The notes under the pieces: model-generated | Told to the model about the DNA's origin: nothing | Databases searched by the model: none | The model's input: only the letters and a program-made list of their open reading frames with translations | Origin: Trichosphaerium sp. ATCC 40318 | Lineage: Eukaryota; Protista; Tubulinea | Direction: 5' to 3' | Assembly (NCBI GenBank): GCA_038496445.1 | Contig: JALMLS010000612.1 | Location: 62,001-126,000 of the forward strand | Length of the DNA: 64,000 nucleotides | Part shown: one piece after another, positions 27,025 through 39,383 of the stretch | How positions within the stretch are numbered: the stretch's first letter is position 1 | Layout of the letters: each line of letters begins with the position of its first letter | Translations under genes and position numbers: made by a program

Positions 27025-28254
27025 ATGTTACGTATTCGGGGTTGTGCGTTTACCACAAGAAACGCAAAGTGTACGGTTTTCAGTTATTGTACGTTTAATT
27101 AAGAGGTAGATCATAAAATACAACGCAACAATGTGCCTAACACGCGTTACTGCCATTCAAAACCAAATAATTCATCATTACCGAAATTAACCGTCTGCCT
27201 GGACTTGAACGAAACGCTCGTGTGCTCAAATCCTGTACGTCGCTTTGTAGAAGTTCAACTGACAAAAAAAAACTGCATGCCAAGCGAATGTAGGCCTTAT
27301 TAACAGCATACTTTCTCGTTTTTCTCTAAATAAGTTTGAATAGTTTCCCGAGAAGCCAGAGTGGTTTGAAGACGATGAAGATATTACAGACGTAGCTGAG
27401 TCCCTCCCAGAAGTCCAGAAAGAGCTAGAGGGACTTAGTGTCGCTTTCAAGACTGTGGGAGAGTTAAGAAAATTAACTTGGAATCATTGGATGCAAATTA
27501 CTCAGGAGTACAGTATGTCACGTGTTGAGGATTTTTTAGATTTATTCTTACATGTGAATAGACTCAAGAATGGATACTAAAGGTGATACATTCGAACAAG
27601 TACGAAAGAATATATTCAGAGGCGTACCAGCAGCTCCAGCAAAAGTTGATTTACTATCACGTGAGTTTTAACTTTTTTTGTTGTTCTCATGGTATACGTA
27701 GCACCACATAAGATATATTACAGGCCTCATTTAGACCATTTTGTTAAGGAGATTAAAGAAATGGAAAATGTTCAAATGTATCTATACACTGCTGCTTCAA
27801 AGGCGTTTGCTGATACAGTAACAAATAACTTTGCACCAGATTTCTTTACAAAGAAGCTTTACAAGGATACAGTACATGAACAAGGAGGAAACAAGCCTTT
27901 GTCTAATTTAGGCACTCCTATAGAACGTACAATACTAGTAGATAACACAGAAAAGTACTTGAAAGGACAAGAAGAGGTAAACAACCAACTCTTGGTGATG
28001 TTTTTTTTTTTTGACTTTGCTTTTTTCTCTTCTAGAATGGTATTCTCGTACCGGACTTTTATGGTTTCGATTTCCAAATGGAAAATGATGCTGCTTTATT
28101 ACATGTTCTATCTGTCGTTCAGGCAGTAAGTGGAGAAGAAGATATAAGACCAAAATTAAAAACATTAAATGATTTGTACAAGACTGAACAAGACGGTAGT
28201 CAATATGCTGTTCGTGAAAGGTACTATAAAGAAAACATCAAAGTAGTTCAATGA
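27025..28254 (+). CDS. FCP1/SCP (NIF) HAD-family phosphatase-like protein with possible mitochondrial presequence
   Basis: LTVCLDLNETLV (DxDxT variant), YYRPHLDHF, LYTAASKAFA, KPLSNLG...TILVDN, NGILVPDFYG; N-terminus MLRIRGCAFTTRNAK is Arg/Lys-rich with no acidic residues. Confidence 0.8.
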
Positions 28255-28732
28255 GATCTATCACCCAATATTGAGCTTATCCACACGTGTACCAATAAAA
28301 TTGCTTTTCTCCATACGTGTTGCAAAACAATGATCCATTAATAAATCCATAGTCTGCTTATTATTGCTATCTACAACGTACCCTCCAAGTCTTAATGCAA
28401 TTATACAAGGGTCTAACAGTACAACAAAAATTATGTCAATGGTAAACCAAAAGCTGTCAATACTCTATGCATAGTAAGTTGGCAGTATACTAACAACTGT
28501 GTTAAAGAAAAAACTGTATCGGATTATACATGCGAAGAAGGTTAACATAAATAGATGGAGTGCATGTGATTAGCTTTAACTGTCCAAATTTCAAGGTGCA
28601 AAACTAAATGTCAACAACAACTTTTGTTTGGTTCAAAATCTATATTTACAAGAAGGAAAAGTAGTAGGAGTACCTCCTACTACAAAAGAAGGCTATTGTG
28701 GGACAATATAAACAAATTAATAAATTAATATT

Positions 28733-29809
28733 AATCTAATCATTGACGTCTAGTGCCAAATCAGGATCAAACTCAAGCTCTTTCATGTAGTCCATAAAAC
28801 CGTCAATAAATTGACCAGCAAATTCACGTATTACTTCTATGGCAACTCTCTTTTCTACAGCTTTTTCTCCTGTTAATCTAAAATGCCTCTAAAAAAAAGT
28901 AAGATATTTCAGTTTTACAACATTATAAGGTGTTTTATAGTGTATCTGTTATATCCATATTACTTACAGCGCCTGTGCGTATTACTAGATCGATAAAATC
29001 TTGGATTTTAATCCCGTATGTTCTACCAATTTTTAAAGTCTATCAAAGTGTCTATTAGTTTATAATACGATTGAAAAACGCTATTTCTAGCGGTTTTGAG
29101 ACATTTTAGTGGTTTTAAAGAATAAAAACCGGTTTAGAAAATTAGTCTTTCGATTGCTGATCACTTACGTCGTACAAGACGTTTAGGCACGCTTGGTTTA
29201 GGTATATACGCCTTTTACCCTTTCCTGACGTAGAATTATCAATACGCCTCTTTTCTTCCATGCCTGTTCCAAAAAGCTTATAAAACCTATTAACATAGCG
29301 CCATTAGTCATAACTGGTATTGATTGGGTTGTTTATACTCACCACTTAACAAAAGCCTGTTTGCCGTTGGGTTTATTAACGTAAATCCATATTTGTATTG
29401 TACAAAAGCCTTGGAACTGTTTCTAACCAGAAATATATTAAATAGAGCCTTTGGACCAAAACGGTTTTTTTGTTGATGGATACGCACCAAAAAATCAACG
29501 TGCGCTTTGTTCTTACGCTCCATATCTAAGTAGAGCGTGACAAACTCAATTATCTCCCTCACGTAAAATTTGCCATTCTTTGATTTGTCCATCACAAATA
29601 GGCATCCTAAGTGCGTAGGATCTAATGGTATCGTTTCACTAGGTACTTCTATTTGTAATAATCCCTCAATAGTCCGCAAAAAAGGTTAGTCCACTAATTA
29701 CTACGCAAAAAAGCAGCCGTACCAAGTAGTTCTTTGGTTTTCTATCTCTAGAGCGTATGCGCTCATACTCTTGTTGAATATATCTATCATATGGTAGACC
29801 GTTTCCCAT
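28733..29809 (-). CDS. MG-starting (myristoylation-type) EF-hand-like protein
   Basis: MGNGLPYDRYIQQEYERIR...; EF-like LFVMDKSKNGKFYVREIIEF; about 6 exons ending DPDLALDVND; first intron acceptor reads CGG rather than CAG. Confidence 0.6.
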
Positions 29810-29852
29810 ATGTACAACAGAGGCCCAGTTCCAGAGGCCAGTTACAGGCTAT

Positions 29853-29875
29853 ACTTTACTTTACTTTACTTTTAT
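29853..29875 (-). repeat. (AGTAA)n microsatellite 3' tail of the retroelement
   Basis: Plus strand actttactttactttactttt, immediately inside the left TSD. Confidence 0.85.
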
Positions 29876-30080
29876 TCCGGTCAAGATTCAGTTTGACGGT
29901 CTTACAAATTTGTTTTTACAACTGTTTTGTCCTCCCATCTTCATCCACTTGTCGCCAGGGCCCCTGATAGGGGTCTCACATAAAGTTAGCCCATGATATT
30001 CATCATCGACCAAGGTAGACCAGACTGTGTAGAATACCTGCCCAGCTCGGACCGCGCACTAGCTCCGTATGGAGGCGTAG

Positions 30081-33000
30081 CTAGTCAGTGTTAGTAATGT
30101 TGAGTTTTTTATATAGCTCATGAAACATGATGTTTCTTTTATCGTAGACGCGTTTGTGGCCGTTCAGTATTCGGAGTTGCAGCTGTTTGAGTTTGTCTTT
30201 GATGTATTTCGGGTCATATCCTGCATATTTACATGCTTCAACTGTGTTGGTTAAGATGTATGCTCCTGTGTACGCTTCTCTAGCGTATTTAGTTTTTTTT
30301 GCTTTTTTGTTTTTTCGTTTCTTGGTGTTGCGGAGGTTTTTATTGACGTAGTTTTTGATTTCCTCTGTATTTTCTGTACGTACATCTTCAGTTGCTTTAC
30401 AATGGTTGATTATGTGATCTGTATCTTCTTTGTGGTGCCCGCATAGTATGCAGCTGGGTTCCTTGTATTTTTTGTTGAAGTAGTCAGTGTTGTGTGGTCC
30501 AGTGGCTTTATTTAGTGTGTATCTGCCACTTAGGTTGTTGTTTCGCAGTTTAAATTGGAAGGTGGTGATGTTGTCCATTAGTGGCATTTTGTCGTTGATG
30601 ACTTGATTGGATATCTTATGCTCAACTTGTGTCAGGATTGGGAGTTTGGCATTCATGTCTTTTTCATGTATTTGGTTACTGATGTTTCTGATCCGTTTAC
30701 GGATGTTTCCTTCAATGATTTCATTATCATTGTATAAGGTGTAGTTGAAGGCTACTCGTCTATTCGGCGTTGGAGGCTTCTTCAAGTATGTTCCTTCCTT
30801 TGCTAGGGTGTCCGCTTCTTCGTTTCCGTGAAGAATCCATTCTATGTTTTTACCAAATTGTTTCTCAAGTGCTTTAAGTTCTTTGTTTAGGAGTTCCAGC
30901 TTCTTAGGTTGGTTTGCGTATTTCTTTCTTTTTTCTTCTACATGACTGGGTACTTTCCAGAATTTTGTGTATGATTTATGTTTGTCTCTTTGTTTGATTG
31001 TTTGTAGGATTTCTATGATGAGTGATGCATTGTACGCATTCATTCTTTGAGAGTGTTTCCATTTGTGCCAGTTTTCGACCGCCGTGATGACGTATTTGGA
31101 GTCTGTGAAGAGGTTGATGTTTGAGGTCTGGTGTGTGTTTTTGAGTGCCCAGAGTGCAGCTTCTAGCTTGGCTGCGTCAACTGTGTTTCCGGTAATGCAT
31201 GGTAGCGCTACATTGTTAGGGGAGCTTCTATTGAAGTACACTCCGAAGCCTGCTGTGTCGCTGTGTTCCATCTTGGAGCCGTCTGTCCATATGTCCACTG
31301 TTTTGCTGGGTTCAGTGGGTGGTTCCCATTTCTTATATATTTCGTAGTGTTGTGGTTGTTTGATTTTGAGGTGATTTCGTATTTTTCCATTTCTTTTTGA
31401 GATCAGTGCTTTCAGTTGGTTTATGTAAGTTGGTGTGACGTATTGTATGATTTCAGCACTTGTTCTGATTTTGTTGTTTATCGTTATATCAGCCCATGTT
31501 GTATTGCTTTTAACTCCGATGCGTTTGAGAATCATTTTTTCTTTTCTTGTGACACTGTTTATTATTGTTCTATATTGCGCTTTGGTTGATACGCAATTAA
31601 TTTTGAGTTCCTGGAGCATTTTGGTATACGTTGTTATTCTGTCGTCATTTATTTCTTTGGCTGCTATTAGTGGTAGGGATGTGTTGTTTTCTGTGTATTT
31701 CTCCCTTCCCATTTTGTTTAGATATTTGTTATCGTTAAGTCTTTGTTTTGTGGTGTTGGCTGCCAGGTCTGTTTTTGGTGCGTTGAGTGCAAATATGTGT
31801 GTGGTGGCGATGAAGCTAGTCTGGTTTGCCGTTTTGGGCGGTATGACGCCTAATCCTCCTTTTTCCGTATCTATCCATAGCTGCGCCTGTTTTGTGTAGT
31901 AGGTAGTAGATAGTGAGTGGAGTATCGCTTTCGCTAGCCTGTTTCTTAACATGTATGTTTGTTTGTAGGGCATTTCGTAGAAGTTGCAGTGGAATTGATA
32001 AGCCGGATTGATGATGTTGTTTACGATGTCTATGCGAGCTTGTATGGGCATTCGCTTATTTTTAATGATGCTTAGACCCCTATCATAGTTTTTGATCGCT
32101 GCATTTTGGTCTCTGGTCCAGTCAAGTTGGGTATTTATGTGTATTCCAAGGTATCTATATGATTTTTTGTTTCCTACATTGTCTATTTGGATTATTTTGT
32201 TGTCGTGTTGGAAGGTTATTGGTTCATCTGTGTCGAGTCCAGTCATGTACTTTGTTTTCTTTAGGTTCACTGATATACCATTGTGTTTAGTGAACTTGAA
32301 GAATTCTATGAGCATTAATTTTAGGTTTTCTCTGGACTTGGCTATGAAGACTAGGTCATCACAGTATGCTAGGAGAGGTATGTGTAGGTTTGCGTTGTTG
32401 CAGAATCTGTATCCATTTATGTTTTTTCGGATGTGTTCGATAATAGGGTTGAGCACAATGATGAAGAGAAGGGGCGAGAGGACGTCTCCTTGTCTAACTC
32501 CATTTTTGATTTCGAATTGTTCAGATAGTCCATTATTGGTGAGGATTTTGGCCTTTCCACTTAGAAATGTTCCTTCTATGGCTTTTATGAACGGTTCTGG
32601 GGTGCCATGTACTCTAGGGTTTGTCTGATGCTCCAGTGTTCTATGCTGTCAAACGCTTTTGATATGTCTACGTATGTTAGATGTATGTCTTTTGATTTGT
32701 ATTCAAGTTTGTTATCTTCAAGAATGTTTGTGAGGTTGATGACGTGTCCAATGGTGGATTTGTTTTTCCTGAATCCGTTCTGTAGTTTGGATAGGAGTTG
32801 GTTCTTTTCCATGTATTCATACAGTCGGTTATGTAGTATACGTGTGTATATCTTGTGTTGTATGGCTAATAAAGCTATGGGTCTGTAATTTTTTGGGTTT
32901 GTTTTGGATTGTCCCTTTTTGTGTATGAGGTAGAGTATTGAGATTCTCCAGGCTTCTGGTGTGGTTCCTTTGTCGAAGCAGTGTTTCATAACTGCTTCTA

Positions 33001-33973
33001 GTATTTGGTGATATCTCGGAGAGAGGCTGGTTATGATTTCTGTGGTGATTTTATCTTCGCCTGGTTGCTTTCCCTTTTTGGTATCTTCTACCGCCTTAAT
33101 GTATTCAGCATGCGAGATAGGATTGGTGTTTATTTTGATGTTTATCTTGGGTTTGTTCTTTAGCCAGTTTGGGATGTTATCAGGTTTTGGCGAGCATTTC
33201 TGGAGGATCTCCTTCCATGTATTCGCGAAGATGTTCATTATTTCTCTTGGGTTGACTGTGTATTCTTCTGTTATGGGGTCTTGCAGGAGGTTAGTGGTTG
33301 ACCTATGTCGTCTTTGCAAGAGTCTGTCAAAGAAGGATTTGGGATCGTTGTGGTATTTATTTATTAAGTTTGTGACTCTCTTTTGGATGAGTTTTCTCTC
33401 TATGATGGCAGTTCTTTTGTTTACTAGTTTAGTAAGACGGTTTTTCGACCACTTTAATTTGCTTGTGATCTTATGTAGGTTGGTGACGTATTCTGGTAAT
33501 GGAGGTGGTTCATTGTCGGTGTTCTTTTTGATGGTGCCTAGCACCTTGCTTAATGTTTGTTCAGCTTTGTTTAACATTTTTGGCGTTAAGTTGTAGTCTT
33601 GTAGGTCTATCTTTCTAATGATTCGGAGTGCGAGTGATTTAGCTGTTTTTAGTTGTCTTAGTTTTTTGTCTGAATATGATTTTCTTTTCTTCTTTGATCT
33701 TACGCCTAGTTCTGTCTCGCAGGTTTCGTATATGTGTTTGTTTATCAGTTTTACTAGGAGGGTAGGTGACGTATTTTCTGTATTTATCAGTTTTGCAAAT
33801 TCTCTTTCTATTTCTGGGGTTGTGTTGATATTATTTATGAAGTCTGTTTGCTCTTCATCATTGGAATTGTAGTTAATCGAAGGTCTCATTTGTGGTAAGG
33901 TTACATCTATTTTATTTGTATTTACATTTGCGAATTTATAGGTTAGTTTGACTGGCCGGTGATCACTGTCAAT
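30081..33973 (-). pseudogene. Retroelement ORF2 (RT-RNase H) disrupted by a 1-nt frameshift near 32605
   Basis: ORF 32585-33889 (RT N-part) continues in another frame as GTPEPFIKAIEG...GVRQGD into ORF 30081-32456; RNase H catalytic Glu reads Lys (AKLEA). Confidence 0.85.
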
Positions 33974-34162
33974 AGGCTATGAAAATAGCGTAATACTCTA
34001 AGTCTGTCGTGGCTTAATCGAGCTGCGAAAGAAAAAAAAAATTGGTTTAGGTTCCTATTTTTGGAAGAGCATAGTGTAATGGCGAAACAGGCTACTCCTT
34101 CAAACTTCAACGACGACTTGTTTTTCTGGAACTTTTTTTTCTATTGAATCAATTTTTGTTTT

Positions 34163-36201
34163 TCACTTTTTTGTACAAGTTGTCCGTAGTATACAACTAG
34201 ACCTTTTAGGTAGTAGTCATCTACATAATTAAGCTCTATTTCGCAGTTGTCTCCCTATGTAAAAATTGTTTGTGAGCCGTCACAGGTAAGAGACAAAAAA
34301 AGGTTGCAACTTTTTTGGAAGAAATGAAAAAAAAAAAAGGCAACAACAAAAAAAGTTGTATTATGCTTTGTGAGTTGAGTCTTTTTTAATATACCTCTTC
34401 TATTAGATCCGTAAGCTCTTCAGGAATAGTGTTTCTGGGTAGAAAGTACACAACGTTTGTTGTTATTTGTCTTGTAAAAGAAAACAACTCGGTCCTTTTT
34501 TGGAAAATGAGTTATTTTTACGACACAGTAAAACGCTGCGAATATTTTTGTACCCGTTTATAGTCATATCTGAAAGTGAAAAATCTTTTCTAGAGCTATA
34601 ACTAGGTCCTCCCCATGGTGGAGATAGTAATACTGAATCAACCTGGTAAGATAAGTCAGTACAAAAATGGCAAGGAGCGAAAATCCAAAAAACTCGCTAG
34701 CGTACTCTAAAAGGGGATGCAGTCTTCGTATAATCTGCAAGAATAAAATCGACATTATTTTCTACACCATATACACTCGCGTTATGTTGAGCCAGAAGAA
34801 TACGCTCTGGGTTAATCTCCATACCTGAAAAACCGTCAATTTTTACCCGACCCTACCTTCCTTTCTCGAACAATTTCGCTTTGCTTTCTTTTGACGTACC
34901 AAAGGCAAATCCGCAGTGTTCTGCAAATTGTATAACATTACCGCCAGCGCCTATAAATATTTATTAAAAAACCCTTAGGAAAGGGATGAAACAACTAAAA
35001 CCATTTCCAAAAATAAATAATGGCGTACCTGTCATTGCATCTAACACTAAACATGTCTTTCCAAGTGTTTTTGATATCCTCTGTGCTTGATGTTTTGCTA
35101 ATAATTCCGGTGTAACAGAGTACCATCCTTCTATAGAAAGAAGAGTATTTTCAGTAAAGGTACGAATAAAACAAAACAAAAACTTTTCAAAAAAAAAAAC
35201 CGTCATTCCAGTTCACTTCTTTTACTTCGATGTAGCGTTGCATTTCAACAAAAACAAAGGTGACACCAGGTAACAATAGTTTAGCTTTTAATAAAAACGA
35301 AAAGAAGAAAATTACTTGATTGGTGGTGCAGTGAGGGAGGAATGTTGTACCTTCGTCCATTTTTATGCCTTGATCAAATTTCGAAAATAATGAAAATCTT
35401 TGATACCAATACTTAGCATTACACTTGCCAATACCTCCATAATTGTTCTTTGTATTTTTCTTTGGTTTTGGTTCCTCAGGTTGAATTTCATCGATTGTGG
35501 AAGGTTTGAGTGGTGTAAGATCAGAGGGTAGGCTGTCACCGCTATTCTTAATTGTCGAAGGACTGAGAGCAGCATCATCTGGTTTCGTGTCACTGCGCAC
35601 AACCAAATCTATGTCCATTGCTATTGCATCATCCGGTTCTTTGTTTGTAGTATGTTCTGCAGTCGTCTGAGTAGAAAGTTGAGAGTCTGATTCAGGAGCG
35701 TTTGTGACTGGAATATTCTTTGCCTCTGTTTCTAATGCCTGCTGTGGCTCTGAGTACATAGTGGCTACGTTTTGCTGTTGCTCATTTGCTTCTTGATTGG
35801 TATTTGCTGGCTTTTTTCGCTTTTTTTTTCTGCGCCTCTTGCTTGACCGTTTGGCTCGTTTGCGCTTCTTGGTGTCCTATGGCGTCGTTAACGCGCAATA
35901 AAATATACAGCAGTACGTTTGTAAATGAAAATGTCATAGGTAGACCATCACATCGCGCTACAAACATCTCTGGAGCAAAATATGATGCACTTGGGACATC
36001 TGTATCTTCTTTTTCGTTCTCTCTTTTCAAAACGTTAAAAAATATGCGCAACGCGTAGGATCACGTACCTACAAGTGAACGCGGATATGTATAGGTTTCG
36101 TCCATGAAATACCCTAGCTAGACTTTTATTGATGTTGCTATATCATTTTTCAACGTACTTGCAACATGCTCATAGGAGCCTTGGCCAATCTCTTCTTCCA
36201 T
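34163..36201 (-). CDS. TGS1: Trimethylguanosine synthase
   Basis: [78 protein letters not shown]. Confidence 0.93.
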
Positions 36202-36312
36202 TGTCAATAACGTGTCTTAACTGAGCTAATAAGTCAAACTCTTGCGTTAATTGCCTAGATCAAGCAGTACAACTGTTGTTTGTCGAGTATTGAACGAAGA
36301 TCAGACCCAACA

Positions 36313-38919
36313 ATGTCCACAACACAAACACGCGGTAAGTCAAGCGCCACTGGTCCACGAACACGCCGCAAGGAGTCACAACTCAAGTCAATTGCCATTT
36401 CCGCCGACTTGATGAATGTACCTTCTAAAAAGAGTGCAAAGTCTGGTAGACGCAAACAACGAAGGAAAAAGTCAGTTTCAAGGCGACAAAAGAAAAGTAC
36501 AAAGTAGAAAGTGACCAAATTCGCTCTAACATTATCGCAGCCTCTCGTTCTGCTAAGGTGGAGTTCTCACAGCTCACAATTGCAAAAAAATATTATGATG
36601 GTGTTACACTGGACATAAATGGAGGGTCGAAAGGTCCTGCTCTTGAATACAACTCAAAATCGAAGGAGCTCATAGTACCAGCAGTATATAAAGACACTCC
36701 TGTACGTAAACAAAATGAAAAATTGTTCTAACGATCTTGATACAGGTAGAAGTCGTTATTTTTGCGCCAGCAGGAAGTAGGGAGCACTTATGGAAGGAAT
36801 TGTGCAGTGTTACAGAGTCACAACCTCACATTCGTCGATTTTATGCTTACGGCTTTAAAGACATGTTCTTTGCAGGTAACGAAGTACCTTCCTTTCTATC
36901 GTAACAATGTAATACGGTTGCAAACCTATTTTGATTGTTATTTCCTTGTTTTGCATTATACCACTTTACTGACGCATCGCCGATTTCTCAAACTTATTGC
37001 TAAACAATTAAACAATCAGGTGGCGGAGAAGAAAAGTGGTCAGTCGAGAAAGCTCCGTTCTTAATTGTAGAGCCTAGAGGAAGAAACCTAAGAGATTTTA
37101 TGAAGCGTGATGGCGGTTTCGCTAATCTAGCAGAGGTATTGCTTCGTCATTTTATTTGTGTTTTTTTCATTTTTTTCTTTAATTTTCTGTTTAAGGCCAT
37201 AAATGCTGCAATGAGCTTAGCTCAGGCACTTGATCATCTTCATTCGAGAGGCATTGTATTATGTGACATTAAGCCGTCAAAGATATATGTCGATAAGCAC
37301 AGGACACCAAAGTTTGCTGATTTTAGGTAAGCTTTTTTTATATCCATAAAAACCTTCTCATTGGTTTCGTGTAGATATGCGTTTCTCTACGAACGAGAAA
37401 TGACTACTGGTGGATGTACACCTCTTTGGGCCAGTCCTGAAATGTTACATGTATTCATGTCTGCTCATCCTGATGATAAACATGTCAAAGCAAAGCGTGT
37501 CACTCCAAAAACAGACGTACAAAAGATGGATTTTTTTTTGCAACATGTTGCTTCTAAAACACTCTAGATTTTCTCTTTTGGATACCTTCTTTGGCTTTTA
37601 TTGTGGTCGACCACCACAAGTACCTACGTAGAGCCATACCCTGACTTGCAAAATTTAGAAGAGCTTCAGCATGGTAGGTTTATAATGACGTGGTGTACAC
37701 TAAGAATAAATAATAGCAATCACAAGTCACAAAGGCAGACCTGAGCTGCCAAAAGATACGTCAACTGAAATACGCGAAGTAAGTTCCCTCCTTATACTGA
37801 CTTGGTTCTTTTTGTAAATAATAACGCATTTAGGTCGTGTATGGTTGTTGGCAAACAAATGTATGGGAAAGAGCAGATGCACGGTATGTTACAACAGTTT
37901 GATTTGTTTTTTTTTTCCTTACTTTTTTGTAAAGTATGCTGGTAAACAGTTTGAAAGAAGTGCTGCTTGCTCTTGATCCTACGAGGCACGAAGTCCAATT
38001 TATAGGTAAACGGTTATTCATACATTCCTATATTGTATTCACATTATCATAGGCACTGATAAACTAGCCTGGACAGGTTCAGGACGTCTTGTACAACAGG
38101 TACATTCCTTTTTATTTGATTATTTTCCTCATGTTGTACAAGAAAATCTTGTGGAGCAAAGCTCCTACATTCTTGCTTTTTGTATCTACCTAGTACTAAT
38201 GTGGTTTGATAGCCTATCAATGTTGGTGACAAGATTAGAGTGTTTGACCTATGTCGTATTTCGACATCGATGAGGGAGTTTAAGCGTAAGAATATTGTAT
38301 TATTTATATCACCAAGTCTATACTTTCCTGGTGTAGATAATAATATCTCATCTCTTTCGGAAATAGCTTGTAGCTATGAAAATACAAAGGTTATGGTTGT
38401 TACACAAGATTTACCTTGGTACGTCTTTTTTTAAACAATAAATTGTTTTCTCGGCTTTTTTGGTTCCCACGTGATTGATGTTTATTTAAACAAAACAAAA
38501 AAAACATCAATAACATGGATACCCTAGAAGACAAGTATCTAGTTGACCCTAAAGCGTTTATGGCGCCAAACTTTTTTCTCTTTTTTTTTTATTAATCGTT
38601 TCTCTGTGCTTTTTAGCAATTGTTTTACGTTAGTGAGATGGTTAATTTACTTTATAGGGCTATTTTAAATAAACAAGATGAACTGGCGTCTTACGATAAC
38701 GTCGGCATTTTTAGCGCTTTTGGAAAGCAAGGGAATTTTATTGATACGATGAAAACAGAAGTTTCAGGACCTTTAAAAGGTCTAACTACTGTCGCTATCT
38801 ATGTTTTAGATGATTCTAACACGGTAGTATACCGTGACGTACCTGAAAGGGTACCTCATCGACCAGAATATGGTAAAATAAGGGAAGCATTAGAAAAACT
38901 CCCTTCAACCGGTGTTTGA
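36313..38919 (+). CDS. Predicted pseudokinase (TKL-like fold) fused to a C-terminal bacterial-type thiol peroxidase (Tpx) domain lacking the peroxidatic Cys
   Basis: Kinase: LHSRGIVLCDIKPSKI, KFADFR, TPLWASPE, KTD-IFSFG, RPELP, CW...ER; in-frame spliced link to PINVGDK...VLFISPSL...VVTQDLPW...GPLKGL...VLDDSNTVVY...PEY, a clear Tpx pattern. Confidence 0.8.
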
Positions 38920-39383
38920 ACTTGTCAAGAAAAAAAAAGCCAATCGCCTTTTCACATCTCAAGAGTACACAGTATATCTCACTCTTGATTATATTTATTT
39001 CATAAGCACACGTGATTGGTTTTTAATAAAGAAACAAAAGGATGTTGCTATTGAGTTGTAATTTTAGGAATAAAAACAGATCAAGAACAAGAATAAAAAC
39101 AAATAAAGGTATTGATTTATATTGTCCTGTACGAGAGCTCACGCTATAAACCCTTTTGAGCACATACGTAGTTGTGTGCACGCATCGTTATTTACTAGCG
39201 TTGACTTTTTTACAAAATGTGGAACTTCCTCCAAATTTGTTTTGATATTTCCGAACATCATTACGTATAGAGTACGCGCGTAGTATACCTAAGAATTGTT
39301 GCAGTTGCTTAACTTCCGTTTACGTTAATACTTTCCTTTTTTGAAGGCCACTACAAGAAAACAGCACAGTATCGCAACACCTC

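Larger units (their letters stand above)
29853..33973 (-). mobile_element. 5'-truncated non-LTR retrotransposon (APE remnant, RT, RNase H, CCHC zinc finger) with (AGTAA)n 3' tail
   Basis: Begins at the APE C-terminal IDSDHRPV; RT motifs NYRPIAL, QNGFR, DISKAFDS, GVRQGDVLSP, YCDD; RNase H WTDGS, FTDS, KVPSH, GNEEAD; CILC..EDTDHIINHC; tail AATAAA-(AGTAA)n; 7-bp TSD AGGCTAT at 29846-29852 and 33974-33980. Confidence 0.95.

Noticed and set aside
32585-32630. Possible programmed ribosomal frameshift in the RT
   Set aside because: The break is inside the RT core with no slippery heptamer; a simple 1-nt deletion or sequencing error explains it.
30154-33872. Long plus-strand ORFs (up to 187 aa) over the retroelement
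   Set aside because: Antisense shadows caused by the strongly A-rich coding strand; hydrophobic low-information translations.
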